Of a DNA stretch of 45,769 nt, positions 23,594-38,500 are shown piece after piece. The stretch is taken from the NCBI GenBank assembly GCA_964035545.1, contig CAXIUT010000060.1:1-45769 (forward strand). The letters are read 5' to 3'. The DNA is from Bugula neritina (taxonomy: Eukaryota; Animalia; Bryozoa). The notes beneath the pieces were generated by a model. The model did not search any database, was not told where the DNA came from, and was given only the letters and a program-made list of their open reading frames with translations. The position numbers and the translations under genes are program-made. Numbering within the stretch: the first letter of the stretch is position 1; every line of letters begins with the position of its first letter.

Positions 23594-26500
23594 ATCTCAA
23601 AAGTTTGACCTCAGAAAATAACATCCCTATTAATGACAAAGACCTTTTCTAGTAGTTCTGTCAGAAAGTCTTCCTTGAAAAGAACATCACTCCCGCTATC
23701 AAATAAATTATTCTCAAATTAGTTGATGAATAAATGGTTGAGCAGTTCACTTTGATAGTCCAAAAGAAGATAAAAAGCCTCGAACATTCCAAGGAAAAAA
23801 CCAAAATAGTTGGTGAAAAAAAGGTGAATTAATGATTTTTAACATGATGAAGATGATAATACTGATGAAGACTAATGTTATTAAATTGATCTGACATATG
23901 ACCCAAAAGGCACAGAAAAGAAACATTCTTGCATTAGTTTATAGCGACAAAAAGATCCAAAAAGTGAGTCTTGTTCAAATTTACCAAGGTACATAAATAA
24001 AATGTTAACAAATTTTCTTTTAAGATGACAAAAAATATGGATGCTGTTGCCTCATTTCCGGTAACTTCTAAATTTTATCATTAAAAAGTTATTCCCTTCA
24101 ATAGATTTTTTAAAGTTCTTTTTTGTCTTTTATTAGTAGTAGGGCACTTCCCAAAAAAGTAACAAACCTTGAATCAGAAGTAAAATACTATATCAATAAA
24201 GGAATAATAGAAGTTACTTAGAATATAGAAGAATATGAAAAACTGAGAAAAAAAAATGTTATTGAAAACATCTAATTTTTTGTTCTCTTTATAATTCTAG
24301 AAAAAAGGATGGCAAACAATAAAACCATGGTGGCATCTAATTCAACAAATTTATCCACCTTTGAAAGATATTTCATTAGAAAACTAAATCATTTCTTCAT
24401 TGGCATATGAGAAAAAAGATTTAATCTTTCCTAAATATTATTTATATCTTTTGAAAAGTATATTCAAATAAGAATACTAAGGTCTAAAAAATATGTGTAC
24501 ATCTTTCAGATAGATACCAATTGGTTAATCTTATTAAAAACCTAAAGATATTACTAAGGAATAATAGTAAATAGAACTATAATATCTGAGTTGTTTATTG
24601 AAAACAAAATACACTAATAAATAAATGAAAGTAGTTCACTGGAATATTGTATATCAAAATTAAAGGTTCAAAGAAATATTTTGATAAATTTAAAGAAGAA
24701 ATATATTGAACTCTTTGAAGATCTTGTTCAAAAAAAATTAATGGAAAATAAATATATTACTATGTTTAATTATACTGAAAAGTACTTTAAATATCTTAGA
24801 AGTAAAATAGATCAACAAAAACCATCAAAATAAACCTAAAGCTATGAACTTTAAGTGATATTTAAAGCTTTTACTTTTGATTTTAGACAAGGCAAAAAGT
24901 AAATGTAACTTAGGAATTGAACCTGATGATACTACCTATTTTAGAGAATAATTCAAACTTATGCTTGAAAGACCTTCATCCCAATGGAACTTATTAATCC
25001 AAGATTACCTTCAAATTAGTTCCTTAGATTTATAGAATTGTCAATCAAAGTATCAGAATATCAACCTTCTATTGGAAAAAGTATGATATCGGCTATGAAC
25101 TGGAATGGATATACAATAAAACCAGCTCTTAAAGCTAACTATACTTAAATGAGAGAAGCTATACTGGAGACAAAAGATGAAAAACTTGTTGGATTGCTGA
25201 AACAGTATCAAAAATAAGAAAATATACCTATGTAGCCTATGGTTAAAAGTAATTAAAATAAAGTTAAAATTCCTGAAGAAATAAGTAAAGTTCTGTCAAA
25301 TAAAATGTCAGAAGTTTTGATAGTCAATGTAGATATCAATTAAAATAAATAAGTTCCATTCTAAGATATTCCTGAGATTAAATAATAGGAAATATAAAAA
25401 AAATTTGATCAAGCATATTTCGTTTTAATTTCAAAAAATCCTGTGACTCATCTCATTGATGAAAAAACTAGAGTTTAAATACTGCCTTTTCAAAAAATAA
25501 AATCATAAAGAAGAATAAATATTAGTATCTTTATTGATTTATAAAAACTTTCTCATCTTTAAAGAAAGAGGTGTTTATGCTATTGATGAAAAAGAATAAA
25601 AATTCAGTATTATCTCTTAAAAACTCTTATAGAATCAAAATTAAAATGAAGTTTTAGTCTTTATAAAGCATGAAGAAGAAATATCTTAATAACTTTAATC
25701 CTATTTTCAACTATATTCTTTAAATTTTCTTTGTGGATAATATTCTCAAAATCTTGATGAAATAAGAAAATGGTTGAAGTTGTTTTCAAATGTAATAAAA
25801 AGTTAAAAAAAAGATACATTCTTGTCAAACCTTGACGCTTATCTTGACAAAATTTCAAATAAGAAGATAAATTTTGAATTTTTCTATTGCATATTAAAGT
25901 TGTCCATTGACTATTTCCAAGAATAAGCTGAAGAAATGTTATTTAAAAATTGCACTAAACTACGTAATTTTACAAGAATTAAACTTTTAAATATAAAACA
26001 AATTCTAATAAAAAATCAGTAATAAGAACTTAAAATTTTTAAACTTTTATCAAGAATATTTTTTATGCTATTTCTTAAAGACAAAAGTATTAGCCTCAGA
26101 TAAGTTGCCAAAATATTTGGATAAGGCCTATAGATAGTCAACAGTCCTTTAGGAAAATAACTTATTCATTATGCCATTCAAAAATAATGTCCCTCTTTAT
26201 TAGTAGAATCTAATTCACAAGTCTCTAAATATTGTGAAATAAATAATAACATATCAGCTCTTTAATTTTTCTATGTAAAATGTTTTTATCTCAATCGAAG
26301 TGATAAAAAACTAAAAGAACTTGTTGACCTTTGTGAAACAATTAATAAAAAATATTTAAAATAAAAAGATTATCCAGTCAATCCTCTTGAAAAATAATAT
26401 ATTTCAATAAAGTTATCAAATTAAACAGTTAAAAATGAATTAAATGACTTTATTTTTTCAAATGTCAACAGATAAAATTATAATTATTCACAATCAGATA

Positions 26501-29500
26501 TCAATGATAAAAAACAATGTGTTTTAATTGAAAAAAATGAAGATTTTTATTTAATCTATAAAGCAATCAAATGTCTTGAAGTCTAAGAAATATATTAAAT
26601 CTTTACTAATCTTCTAAAAAGTATCTTTGATTAAAGAATAATGAAAAACTTAAAAAATTAATCATCTTTCTCAAAAACTATTGAAATTGTTCTTACAAAA
26701 CCTATCAGAGATAGCTAGTATAAAATGCTTGAAGATTTTATCAAGATAGATAATTTCAAACCTGAAATATTATCAAAATTATTGACCTTTTATTGGACAG
26801 AACAATAAATTATCGGAGATCTACCTTTTGTTCAAGATATTCTTATAGGTTTAGTTAAAAATAATCCTAAAAGTGCATATAACAGTCTAAACTTTCTAAA
26901 ATAAATCAATAGTCTTTCAATTGAAAATAACTAAAACAAATAATCTTTTTATTAACAGATTAAAAACATATTCTCTTTGATTTTGATCAAAAAAGAAGAC
27001 TATAGTTCTTATCTTGCCCTTTGTGAGTCATTTTCAGATGAAAAACTAAGAGATATTTATCTAGCTCATATATGCAGTCAAATCTATAATCAAAATCGAA
27101 CAAATCTCAATAGATAAAACTGAGTTTTACTCGTATCTTACTTAAGCGTTTAGAAAAAATATGTCCCTCAAACATTCTTAAAAATAAATATCAATTATCA
27201 AAAGAAATGCTGTCACTATATATTTTAGAAAGCAGGAGATAAAAAAACTAAAAGCTTTCAAGAAAAAACAGCATAGTTTTGGAGTTATCTACTTGAAAAA
27301 CCTTAATTTGTTGAATACCTTTAATATAAATATTATCAGTAATTTACTTAAATCTTAAAATAAATATCTATTAAACTTTAAAAAAAAGATTATTTAAGTC
27401 ATTAGCTCGAAGAAATATTTAAAAACATGAAACTATTTCCCTAAATCATTGAAAAAAGAACCAATATTTATAAAATTTAAATCTATAACTTGAATCTTTT
27501 TGAAAGATTACTTGGAAATATTAAAGATTTGGTTGCTATTTTTTAAGAACTGGAAAGATCTTGAGAAATAATTTGAAGAGCTAAAGAAAATATTATTGAT
27601 AAAATCGAGTCTTAAAGTGTCTTAACTTTATCGAGTGATGTAAAGATATAAATAGTTTAAAGGTGAAATTAGATAAATAAAAAATTTTAATGAATCTAAA
27701 ATGTTTTAGACAGTAAAAAAGTTGGAAATTTTGATACTTTAATCAAATAATACAGACATACTAAATCATTTATCATTAAACAAATATAGTTGATCAATAA
27801 AATCAGCTTTAGATAGTTTCTTGATATTTTTGTTCACATTGATACTACTGCTTTAGTAAAAATTTTGTAATTAAGCTAAAGTTAACAATTTTGAGATCAT
27901 ATCTAGGTATACCAAAGCATTTAAGTCATAGTTTATAGAAAGTTTGAATGAAACAATCAACTCTATTGTCTTTATAAAAGAAATAAAATGTCAAGAAAGT
28001 CCTAAAGATATTTAGATAAAAGCTATATCACAAATGGAAAATCTCATAAAAGAAATGAAAGATTAACAAGATCAAAAAAATACTGTTGAAAAATCGTTAT
28101 TAGCTGATTCAAAATTGTTAAAAATTGGTTAAGAAAATCACAATGAAAACTGGCAGTAAGATATAAAAGCTAAAATATTGAGAGCTACATATAGATATAA
28201 AGATTTATTTGACAAGATGGACAAGAGTTAATTATCGAAAGATAAAATTAATAATCTTAAGGAATATAGTAATTAGATTCAAAACAGTGTAGCTAAAGTT
28301 GATATCATAAGATAATTTAGAAATGTTTATGAGTATTGGTCAGGTTAAAAAAAATATAAAAGTTTAAAAGATTTTTTGAAAAAAAATTGAAAATCTTATA
28401 TCAGGAAGAAATAAAAGTTTTCAATAATTATAATAAACATCAAGAGTTGCTACTTTAGTATTAATATGTTGTTTCAAAAATTAGAATAAGCTTCTGATTT
28501 ATCTCTTTCTTTCAAATTTTAAGTTTAAGCTCTTTTAAATCGTTCAGTTTTGACTCTTAGATAAACATAAAATGGATTTTAAATAAAAATTACTAAAATT
28601 TACTCAGGATAAAAGATGCCTGAAGATATTTCTTTTAATAAATTAAGCCTATTCAGATAAAAGTCAATGTTAGTTTAATTTAATTAGAACAATGAACTTG
28701 AAGAAAATCAGTCAAATAAAAGATAAATCTTGAAAGAATTTACTAACTTATTTGATAATATTGAACAAATAAAAAAATAATGTAATTAACTCATTGATTA
28801 TGGATATGATCCTCGACTTTTGACTAAAACTATTGACATATAAAATAAAAATTATTAATCAATAAAAAGTCTTAGATAGTAATTAATAATGATTCAAAGA
28901 AATTGGGTTGAAGGAATAAAATAAGTATATGCATAGTCTTTTGTTTTAACCCATTTTATTGGGAGAAATTTAGTTTAGTCTCATCAATTCTATTAAAGAA
29001 AAAAATCTTTATCAAAGTTTAAAAAATATATTGTATCTGACTAAATAGTAATTTTAAAAACTTCTAAAAAAACCTGATAATGAAAAACTAGTTAAAGACC
29101 TCAACAGTAGTTAACTGAATCAACTTGAGAAAGTAAAAATAGTAAAAGATATTTTCAAAGGTTATGATGCCAAGAGGATACCTCAATAAAAGAGAAAAGC
29201 TGAAAAAATAAAGCTTATAACATCATAACCTAAATATTTTATAAGTTACTTGATAAAATAAAACGATAATACTATTCCTCTAGCAAATCAAGTTCTTATG
29301 TGTCATGAAAACATATTTGCCCAAGAACTTGAATTCTTTCTCTATAGAGCTTTAATAAAATGATTCTAATTGTCATTTTATAGTCGGAATACATAAGGTA
29401 TCAGAGACAGTTAAAAATTCCTTCTGTTCTATTTTAAGTTAGCTAAATAAAAAAGAAATAATATTTTCATCAGTTCAAGCTAGTTTTCATTGATAATGAT

Positions 29501-32500
29501 GATACTAATGTGGTTTATACATATCTTAATAAAACAAAATCATTTAAGATTGAAACAAATAAAAATTTCTAAAGAATGTTCTCAGAACAAGCTGAAAATT
29601 ATAATAGGATTTTAGTCAAGAGTCTTTCAAAGACAGGAATTACTCGATCGATTAAAGCTGTCTAGGAAAGACATATTAGTTGAAGCAGGAGCATTAGCTA
29701 AAGGTAAAGAACTTTAATCATTTTCCAATAGGAGGAAATATTAACTTTAAAAGCTTAGGAAAAAGATTAAAATCATTAAATTTCATTGGAAAAGAGATAA
29801 TATTGCTGAAGATAGGTTCAGTTGTTAATAAAGATCATTTAGAGTTATTTTTGGCTTCACTTATATTATTTAGATGTTTCTTTTCTGAAGAATATATCTA
29901 TCTACATCTCTAAACTTAGATTGTCATTGAACTTGAAAACATATATCAAGAAAATCACGTCGTACAGTAAAAAAGGAATTAAGAAATCAATTTAATCAGT
30001 TAAATAAACTAATAATATCATATTCTTCATATTTTGAAGAAAAATAAACTTTAATTTATCATCGAAGGATTTGATCATAATCATATTAAACTATGAACAA
30101 ATGGATTAATAAGAAGAGTTTGTTTTTCTGTACTTAAATCTTTTCGATAAAAAAACTATCAATCTTACTAATATTCTATTCAAAGATATTAGAACCTATT
30201 AGTTTTATCTCGGAATAAAGAAAAAAACAGTTGATTTTAAAATATTATGCTGATTCTGTAAGAAGGAAACATATTGAACCTACTTTATTAACAATATAAA
30301 AACTTAATGAAAGTATTATTCAATATATTTGATACTTTTTCCAAAAAATTCATGTCTTTTACCAGAATTACTTCAAGAATAAAATCATTGGAATAATCTT
30401 AAAGAAGTAAACACTTCAGCAGTATCGATATCATTTTATTTAAATTTGTATTTAAAATACAATGAAACTACTAGAATAGATATATACTGAGAACAAATTT
30501 ATGAAGAAAATGTTTGAGAAAAGATCTTTTAGATAAATGGCATAAGATTATTCCATGCTTATTATGCCAGATTTTCTAAACTAAAGTTATCAATTTGTTT
30601 ATTTTAAAGATCAAGATGTACCTTTTCTTATCAAGTTCTATAATGTCATTCAAAACTTTGAAACTAATAAACAACTATATAGAGGAGCTGCTGCTTAAGC
30701 ATTTTAAACCATTTTTTCCAAAAATTGTTCTTATAATTCTTCAATTTTAGATAAGAAAGCTTTAGATAAAAAAATGCTTGATATTCTAAGAGCTACCACT
30801 GGAGATGATCGGATAGTCAGGATTGAATAAGAAGTTTAAAATAACAACTCTCAACTCTTTGATAACTATGTTTTAACTAAAGATAATTTCTTTAAGATGT
30901 GTCTAATCATTCAAAGATAAAGATCAGGAGTTCCATGTGTAATTTAAGGAGAATCAGGAGTTGGAAAAACAGCTCTTATCAGATTTTTAGTCTAATATAT
31001 CTACAAAACAAGACTATTAACCTTCAACATCACAGCTGGAACTCATTAAAAGGACCTTAAAAATATGGTTGAACAAATTTAAAATGAAGCTGAACTTTTA
31101 AGTCATCATAAATCTAAAAAAGTGTGGGTTTTCTTTGATTAATTCAACACTACTGAAGAATTAACATACATAAAAGAAAATGTTAGTTGAGCATAGATTC
31201 ATGGGCAAAAAGTTACCAAAAAACCTATACTTTGTTGCTGCATGTAATCCTTATAGAACTCATATAGCTAGGCATCGGGTCCATTAAAAAGGGATCCAAA
31301 TAAAATAGCTTTTCGTGTGAATCCTCCTCCTTTGTCAATGATTCAACTCATGTGGGATTATCAACAACTTACTGATGTAAGAAAATACAGTCTATATATA
31401 AAAAAATTCTTTAGAATTTAAAGTATCCTAGATAAAAAAGTTAGTGAAAGCAATGGTATAAGTCCATAAGCAAATAAAGTAGTTTGTATAAATCAGTGCT
31501 GTTAGTCTAAGAGATGTTTAGCGATTCAAAAAATTGTATGTATGGTTTACAGAATACTTAATCAATATAAATTAGATTATCTTATAAAAGAACAGAACTC
31601 GACAAAAATAAATGAAATAAAGTAGAAATAGTGATCTCGAAAGAGCTGATAGAGCAGCTATTCTTGCTCTTCTATTCTGTTATTGCCTCAGATTTTCTGA
31701 CTTGGGTGTGAGAGAAAAATACATAAACATTATTGAAAAAAAAATTAGATTTTTAATATAATTTTATGAAGAAAGTTATTGATGAAGAACAAAAATTGTT
31801 TATAAAAGGTTTGAAAATGCCAGCTGATGATATTGCCATTAATATGCTCTGAAGTAAACGTTTTTGTTTCCTTTGTATGTGTCATGAATAAAATTCCTGT
31901 CTTAATGATAGGTAGTCAGGTAGTTCTAAATCATTATCAGTCAGAATTCTTATTTCTAATTTGAATGGAAATAGTTCTTAAGCTTAAATATGTAAAAAAA
32001 TACCCTTAAATTAATATGATATATTTCCAAGGTTCTTAATCATCAACTTCTGAAGAGAATTTAGTAAGTCTTTAACAAGGTAAACTTGATGGACATTTCT
32101 AATAAATATAATTGTCAAAATTGTATCTATTTTGACGAGATAGGACTGGCATAAAAATCAGTACATAATCCTTTAAAAGTTCTTCATAGTAAGCTATAAA
32201 TCCATAATTAAAAAAAGGTGGCTTTTATCGGTATTAGTAATGACTAACTTGATGCAGCAAAAATGTCAAGATTTCTGTAATAAATAGACCTCCTCCATCA
32301 ATTGATTAATTGAGAACAACTGCTAGATAAATTTATTTGAAATAAAAAGAGATATTGAAGTTGAATAAAATATAAAAATAAAAATAAATAGAACATATGG
32401 AGATTTATATTTAATTTTATACGTATTTGGTAAAGTAAGCATGCAGGCAAAAAAGGATTTTTCGGACTCAGAGATTTTTTATAACTATGTCAAGTATGTA

Positions 32501-35500
32501 TGTAAGAAAATAAAAAAATACTCAGGATACTTTCCTTTCTAAGAAGAACTAAATAAAGCTATTTCTATTAATTTTGATGGTCAAGAATAAAGTCTTTCAA
32601 CTTTTAGATCAGAAAAAGCATTATTATTCAAAGAAAGAGGTAGAAACTAAATGATACAACCTCAATCTATCAAAGAAATAGTTTAATAAAATTTATCTGA
32701 GAATAATTCAAGATGTTTACTATTGATAATTAAAGGATAAACTCTTGTTCCTAATATTATAGAAAGCATCGCTGCCAATCGAAAGTCTGTTTCTATCATC
32801 TATGGAAGTGCCTTTTCTAATGATGCAAAAAATTAAGAATATAACTTAGAAGTAACCAACAAAGTTATTACTATGATGTCGAAAGGATAAATAGTTGCTT
32901 TTAAAGACATCAATAACTCTATCCAGAGTTCTCTTTATGATCTATTTAATAAATCCTATATAGCTATAGGCACTAAAAAGTATTGTAGAATCGCTGTAGG
33001 AGCCAATTCTAATCCTCAGTGCTTAGTTGGTTCTAACTTCAATGCTATTGTCTTTATGTAAGAATCTAAAGTTTCTTTATTAGATCTTCCTTTCTTAAAT
33101 AGATTTGAAAAACACTTTTTCAAGTCATAAACCATCTTGGATAAATACTAATTGAATCTTAAATCTTCAATTTTAACATGGTTGTAAAAAATACTTCCAA
33201 TAAATGAGAAAAACTTTCTGAAAAGATAAAATTTTATTTTTAATAGTTCTTAATAATCAATTATAACTCTTCTTCTTAAATACAGAAACTTATAATAGCA
33301 CTAAAAATAGAGATTAATTAAAAGAAACCTTCTTCAAAATGCCACATTTGATTTTATTGTCTTACATAAATACATTTCTTAATAAAGTAGATAAATATTC
33401 CAATAATAATTTCAAAATATAGGATATGAATCGCCTGCTACAGATCTTAGTGATCTTATTATTTACACCTACGATCAATTCGCTCACCTAGATGATTATA
33501 ATACAAGTGAACTACTGAAAGATGCCTTCAAAATTAAAATATCTTAGATACAATCATAAAAGCAGTTGAAGTAAAAGTTGGAAAAAGGATTTAAATTCAG
33601 ATAATATTCTAAATGTGCTATAATACTAAACTATTCTCAACATTATCATCTCATAGAACAAATTTTATTTTTATCGAAAAGAATTAAAAAATAAAGATAA
33701 TCTGATGGACAAATCATTATTGTAATTCAATTCCATAGATTTACCTTGATGAGAAAACCCGAACTAAATCTCACCATCAGTTATCTTCATCCTTTTAAAC
33801 AGTATTTCTTGTAAAATCTTGATGTTTAAATAAGTTAGTATCTTAGAAATTCTTCATTCTATTTTAATCTTTTCAAACTCTTTAAAATGGATTAAAAAAT
33901 ATAATCTTTGTACTCTGAAGCTATTTCTTTAATGAAAATCTTACCGAATGAATAAAATCTTGAAGAAAAGAATCTATTTGAAGTTGTAAGTTATCTTATA
34001 ACAAAAAATAAGATGAGAAATCAATTATTTGCTTTTCTTTAACAAATATTAAAGAACTAAAGAATAGATTATGAGGTTTTACATTCTTAAAGACTTAGAT
34101 TTTAAGATTATTCAACAACTTTGGAAGCTTTACAAGCCTTTACTTCATAAATAATTGTTAAATATATATTTATTTTTGTTGAATTAGTTGTTAGTGGAAA
34201 TCATTTGAAATTATTTGAACAATAAAGAATGTAAATGTAAGAAGAAGATCTTGAACAAAATATTCAAATGTCTCAGTTTAATTCTGATCTTGAACAACTA
34301 AAAATGTACATATTATCAAATTAAAAGAAAATAATTGATAAAATAAAGTATTAGAAGGAATCAAATGACATAGTTATCAGAAAAAATAACTATAAAATAA
34401 AAGGGATTTAAAATTTTATTGATAATCTTGAAATAACTTTCAGAAATAGAAGAAATATTTAACTTTCTTGTGGAGTTTAATCAGATTTAATGTCCTCAAA
34501 TGCATAATATATATGCTTTACTCATAGTTTTGATGCATAGTTGAAGAAAAACTCAATTATTAGAAATTACTATCAGAAAAAAGAATATCGAAATACCATT
34601 ATTAAAGATATAGTGACTTATTTACATCATTAAAAAGACCCGATTATTATTGAATTTATTGAAAAATTGATAGAGTAAAAAATAAAAACATCAGATTAAC
34701 TACCCAAAATATATTTCCTTTTATGCAAGAACAACGTCTTTGACATAGCAATTCATGTCCTTTAAAATATCTTAAAATATCACACTAATCTTAATAAATT
34801 ATTAGATGATTTCGAAAACTTATCTTTCTAGAGCAATATAAATTTGAACAATATTTGTAATAACTTCTTGACAGTTGTTATGGATAAAGCTATTAAGCTA
34901 TCCTTCGTTACTTTTGAAAATATTAAAGATTTCAATGGCCCCTAACACTTCTATTCCTACATCAAAGATCTTGATAGTACTATCTACTTGTTCAGCAATT
35001 AAATATTTTAAATATCTCCTATTTCACCTGAGTATTTCTTACTTAAAAATTTTTATTAACTTTTTGAGACAGGAAAACATGAAGAAAAATAACAAGGAAT
35101 TTATGACTTTTTAAACTTCTAAAATTAACAATCGTTATATTAAAGAATATATAATTTTACCTTACAGTTGAGAAAAAATGATGATAAAAATAAAGAAATA
35201 TATGAAAGTTTCTTAAGTTTAAAATTTTTTGAATGTTGGATCATGCATTAACTCAAATCTGGCTCTTAAACTAGTGTTAAATAATGTATAGCTCAATTTG
35301 TTGAATGGTGTAACTCAAGCATTCACTTCGCTAATCGATCTTATAACTTTTTCTGTTAATTTTTCAGTTAACTTTAAACTATGGACAACTTTTAAGATAT
35401 TCTGAAATATTTAAAAGGATAAAATAAAACTCAAATTATCAATAGATATTTAGTTGAAAAAAGTTCTTTTAGTTTGGCTGTTAATAATTTTTTCATTAAA

Positions 35501-38500
35501 AAAATTAATGAGATAATTAATGATGGATAAACTGATAGATAAGTTAAAATTATTGAAGAATATTTTGATATTTTTGAGATATTTACTTCAAGTGCAATAA
35601 ATCCTGAGACTACAGGTGGAAGTTTTAAAATAGCTTTCGTCAAGGTATATTTATCATCTTATCTGCAGTATCTAACTAAAGGTCTTCACTCAGATACAAT
35701 GAAGAGAATTGATGTTTGTCTTAATCAATAAGGAATGTTTAAAGAACATGCAAGACTTTATCTACTTAAATTGATTAAAAATACTCAAACTCAAGAAGAA
35801 ATCTAAACTAACTTCTTCAAGTGCAATCGATGTGAATGGATTAAAAAAGATTAATAAATAATATTGGACAAAAAAAGATCTTTTAAAGTAGTTAAGTTCT
35901 AATAACCTCAGTAGTTATTCAATGAAATAAAGGCATTTGACAATAGTTCTCGAAGTGGTCTTAAAGAATATGAAAATTTAGTCAAATCAGGATTAAAGAA
36001 TAATCACTCAACATATGAACTACTTACTTATTTTTTAACTCAAATTTACTTTGAACTTGAAGAAAATAAAAGATAAAATCTACTGAAACTTCTTGAAAAG
36101 AATAATCAACTCAAAAAAGTTGAAAATCAACCAATAAGATCTCTATTAGAACTATACTCAAAAGGTTTTCTCAAAAATAATAAGATCAAGTAAAGACAAG
36201 ATTCTTATAGTTTAAAATCAGCATACCTTTACAACTACCTTAATATAATTATTTCATGTAGAGATAAATAGTGTCCTTTAACTTAGATGTTTTTTTCACA
36301 AGGAAAAATACATAAATCTTTAACAAACTACTTAAAAGATAAATTTATCATTGGTAACAATCAAAATCCAGGTATTACAAGACTTTAATTTATCATGAAT
36401 CGCTAAAAATAGAATCATAAAGCTTAGATGTACTTAAAATGTTCAAAGGATTGTGATTTTTATATTCCAGTTGGTGGTAATTTCTATGGTTTCTACGATG
36501 GTTGTGATATTTACAAAAAACTTAAAAAATGCCCTTTCTGCAGCAAATAAATCAATCCTCATAAACTAAAATAAAATATGAAAAACTATATCACAATATC
36601 TGGAGATCAGATTGAAGACTAAATTATATCACTATCTTAGAAAAATATCTCATACTTCAACACTCACAAACTTGAACTAACTGGTTTGTCTAAGTTAGAA
36701 GGAAAAAGAGATCTAGAATAAAAACTTGAAAGAAAAAGATAAATGATTTAAACTCTTAGTTAAGGATTCATTAAAAATAAGTCAATTGTTTCATCATTTT
36801 TACTATAAATCATCGTCTATTTTGTTTATTCTTTCTGTCTTTAAAATTCTTTGATCAGCTCATAGTAATCATAAAAAGCTTTTGGATTTTCTAGTAGTAA
36901 AGCAGTGAATAAATTTTTAGATTTCACTTCATTGCTTGAAGAATAAATAATTCGTATTGAAGGTTTAAACCATGATGAACTATGTTTTTGGAATATTGGT
37001 GTGGGAAAGCATCTATTTGATTTAATATAATCATATTCTAAAGATGCAGCTAAGAGAGACTATCGAGGACTTACTAGTTCAACATAAAGAGATAATTTTG
37101 AACACTTATTCTAACAGTCAATATTCAAGATAGCTAACAATTCGATCTAATGCAAGAAATAGATAATATAAACAAGAAAAGTAGTAGATTTGAATATAAT
37201 ATAAGTCCTTGAAGAAAGTAGTTGTTCTTATTACTGGTAAACTAAATACAGATATCTTCATTTATTCAAAAATATGCAAACAATAGGTAAAATTAATAGA
37301 GATAATCAATAATAGTTCAGTTATTAGTATATGATGAGATATTATGATAATTATATCAGAAATCAACATCCTCTCCTTCACTATATAACTACTATCATTC
37401 AACCAGAATAAACCTATCAAACAAACTACTTTTTATAAAGCCTTAAAACTATTCTAATCTTCCTTTCTAAAATAAAAAAGATGACAAATCTAAAAATAAG
37501 AAGGCATTAGAAGAAAATATCAATAAAAAGCTTTATCAATGAAACAATTATAAATTCTTCTGAAAGATAAAAAACACATTAATAGCTAAAAAACTTTGTT
37601 AAAACCTGGAAAACTTTTATGACTAAAAGTAGAGATATTTTAGATCATTCAGATTATCCATTCATTGTTGATGTTTTAGAGATAAGCTAAACAGATTCAC
37701 TTAATAAATTTATTTTAGTTGAAAAAGATAAAGAATTCAATAACAAAGAGGGATAATATATGACTAATTGTACATAATGTCTAGCTAAAATATATAATCA
37801 AATATGTTTGACTTTAAAAACTATTGTTACCAGAATTAATCCTAACTCTGTGATAGCTACAAATAATTATGATCCTATTGATCCTACTGATCTTAGAGAA
37901 AATAGCAGATTGCTTGAACTTCCATAAATAAATTTAATTAAAGGGATTATTCATAAATATTCTAACTATTCTGTTTAAATGGGCATATCGAACTTTGAAT
38001 TATTTTTCATATAGATATAGAAAACTCTCATTAGCAAATTAAAACCAGTACCTTTGATGAAAGAAAAGAAAAGTTAGTTTAGTTATGCTAAATTTATTGG
38101 AGATAGTAGTCATTTCTTGATATAAATGAAAAAAAATACATAAAATAAAACTCTAAAAGAAATTAATAAGCTAGAAGCAGTAGAAGATTATTTCAAGGGA
38201 TAAAAATTAAGAAAAAACTAAGTCTATCACAAATTTTTGAAAAACTTTCAAAAAAGTTTAGAAATCATCATGGTTTATTACAAAAATATCAAAGTAGAAA
38301 TTGTCCCTAAGAATATTGAAGAATTATTTGAATACTATCACATTCCTCATATCATAACATAACTGAAGTAAGAACCCTTTAAAAAATTACCTCCAACTAT
38401 AATAGTTGATCTCTATGAGTACATTGAATCATTTAACTTTGAAAATATAGATTAAATGCTTTCTGATAACTACAAACAAAGAATGAATCTATAACAGGAG

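Noticed and set aside
23457-23639. QP-repeat ORF (or GW/Argonaute-hook repeat on the plus strand) across internal tract 1
   Set aside because: This is just translation of telomeric repeat; there is no supported in-frame start, and it overlaps the RNF213-like frame antisense
31137-31145. Standard ciliate code (TAR=Gln, table 6), or split meanings for TAA and TAG
   Set aside because: Both codons fall at invariant Glu positions and interchange with GAA/GAG between paralogs
31170-31930. Euplotes-like programmed frameshifting or insertional RNA editing in the RNF213-like gene
   Set aside because: The shifts go in both directions, lie in base runs and share no slippery-stop motif; similar indels occur in paralogs A and B, so sequencing error is simpler
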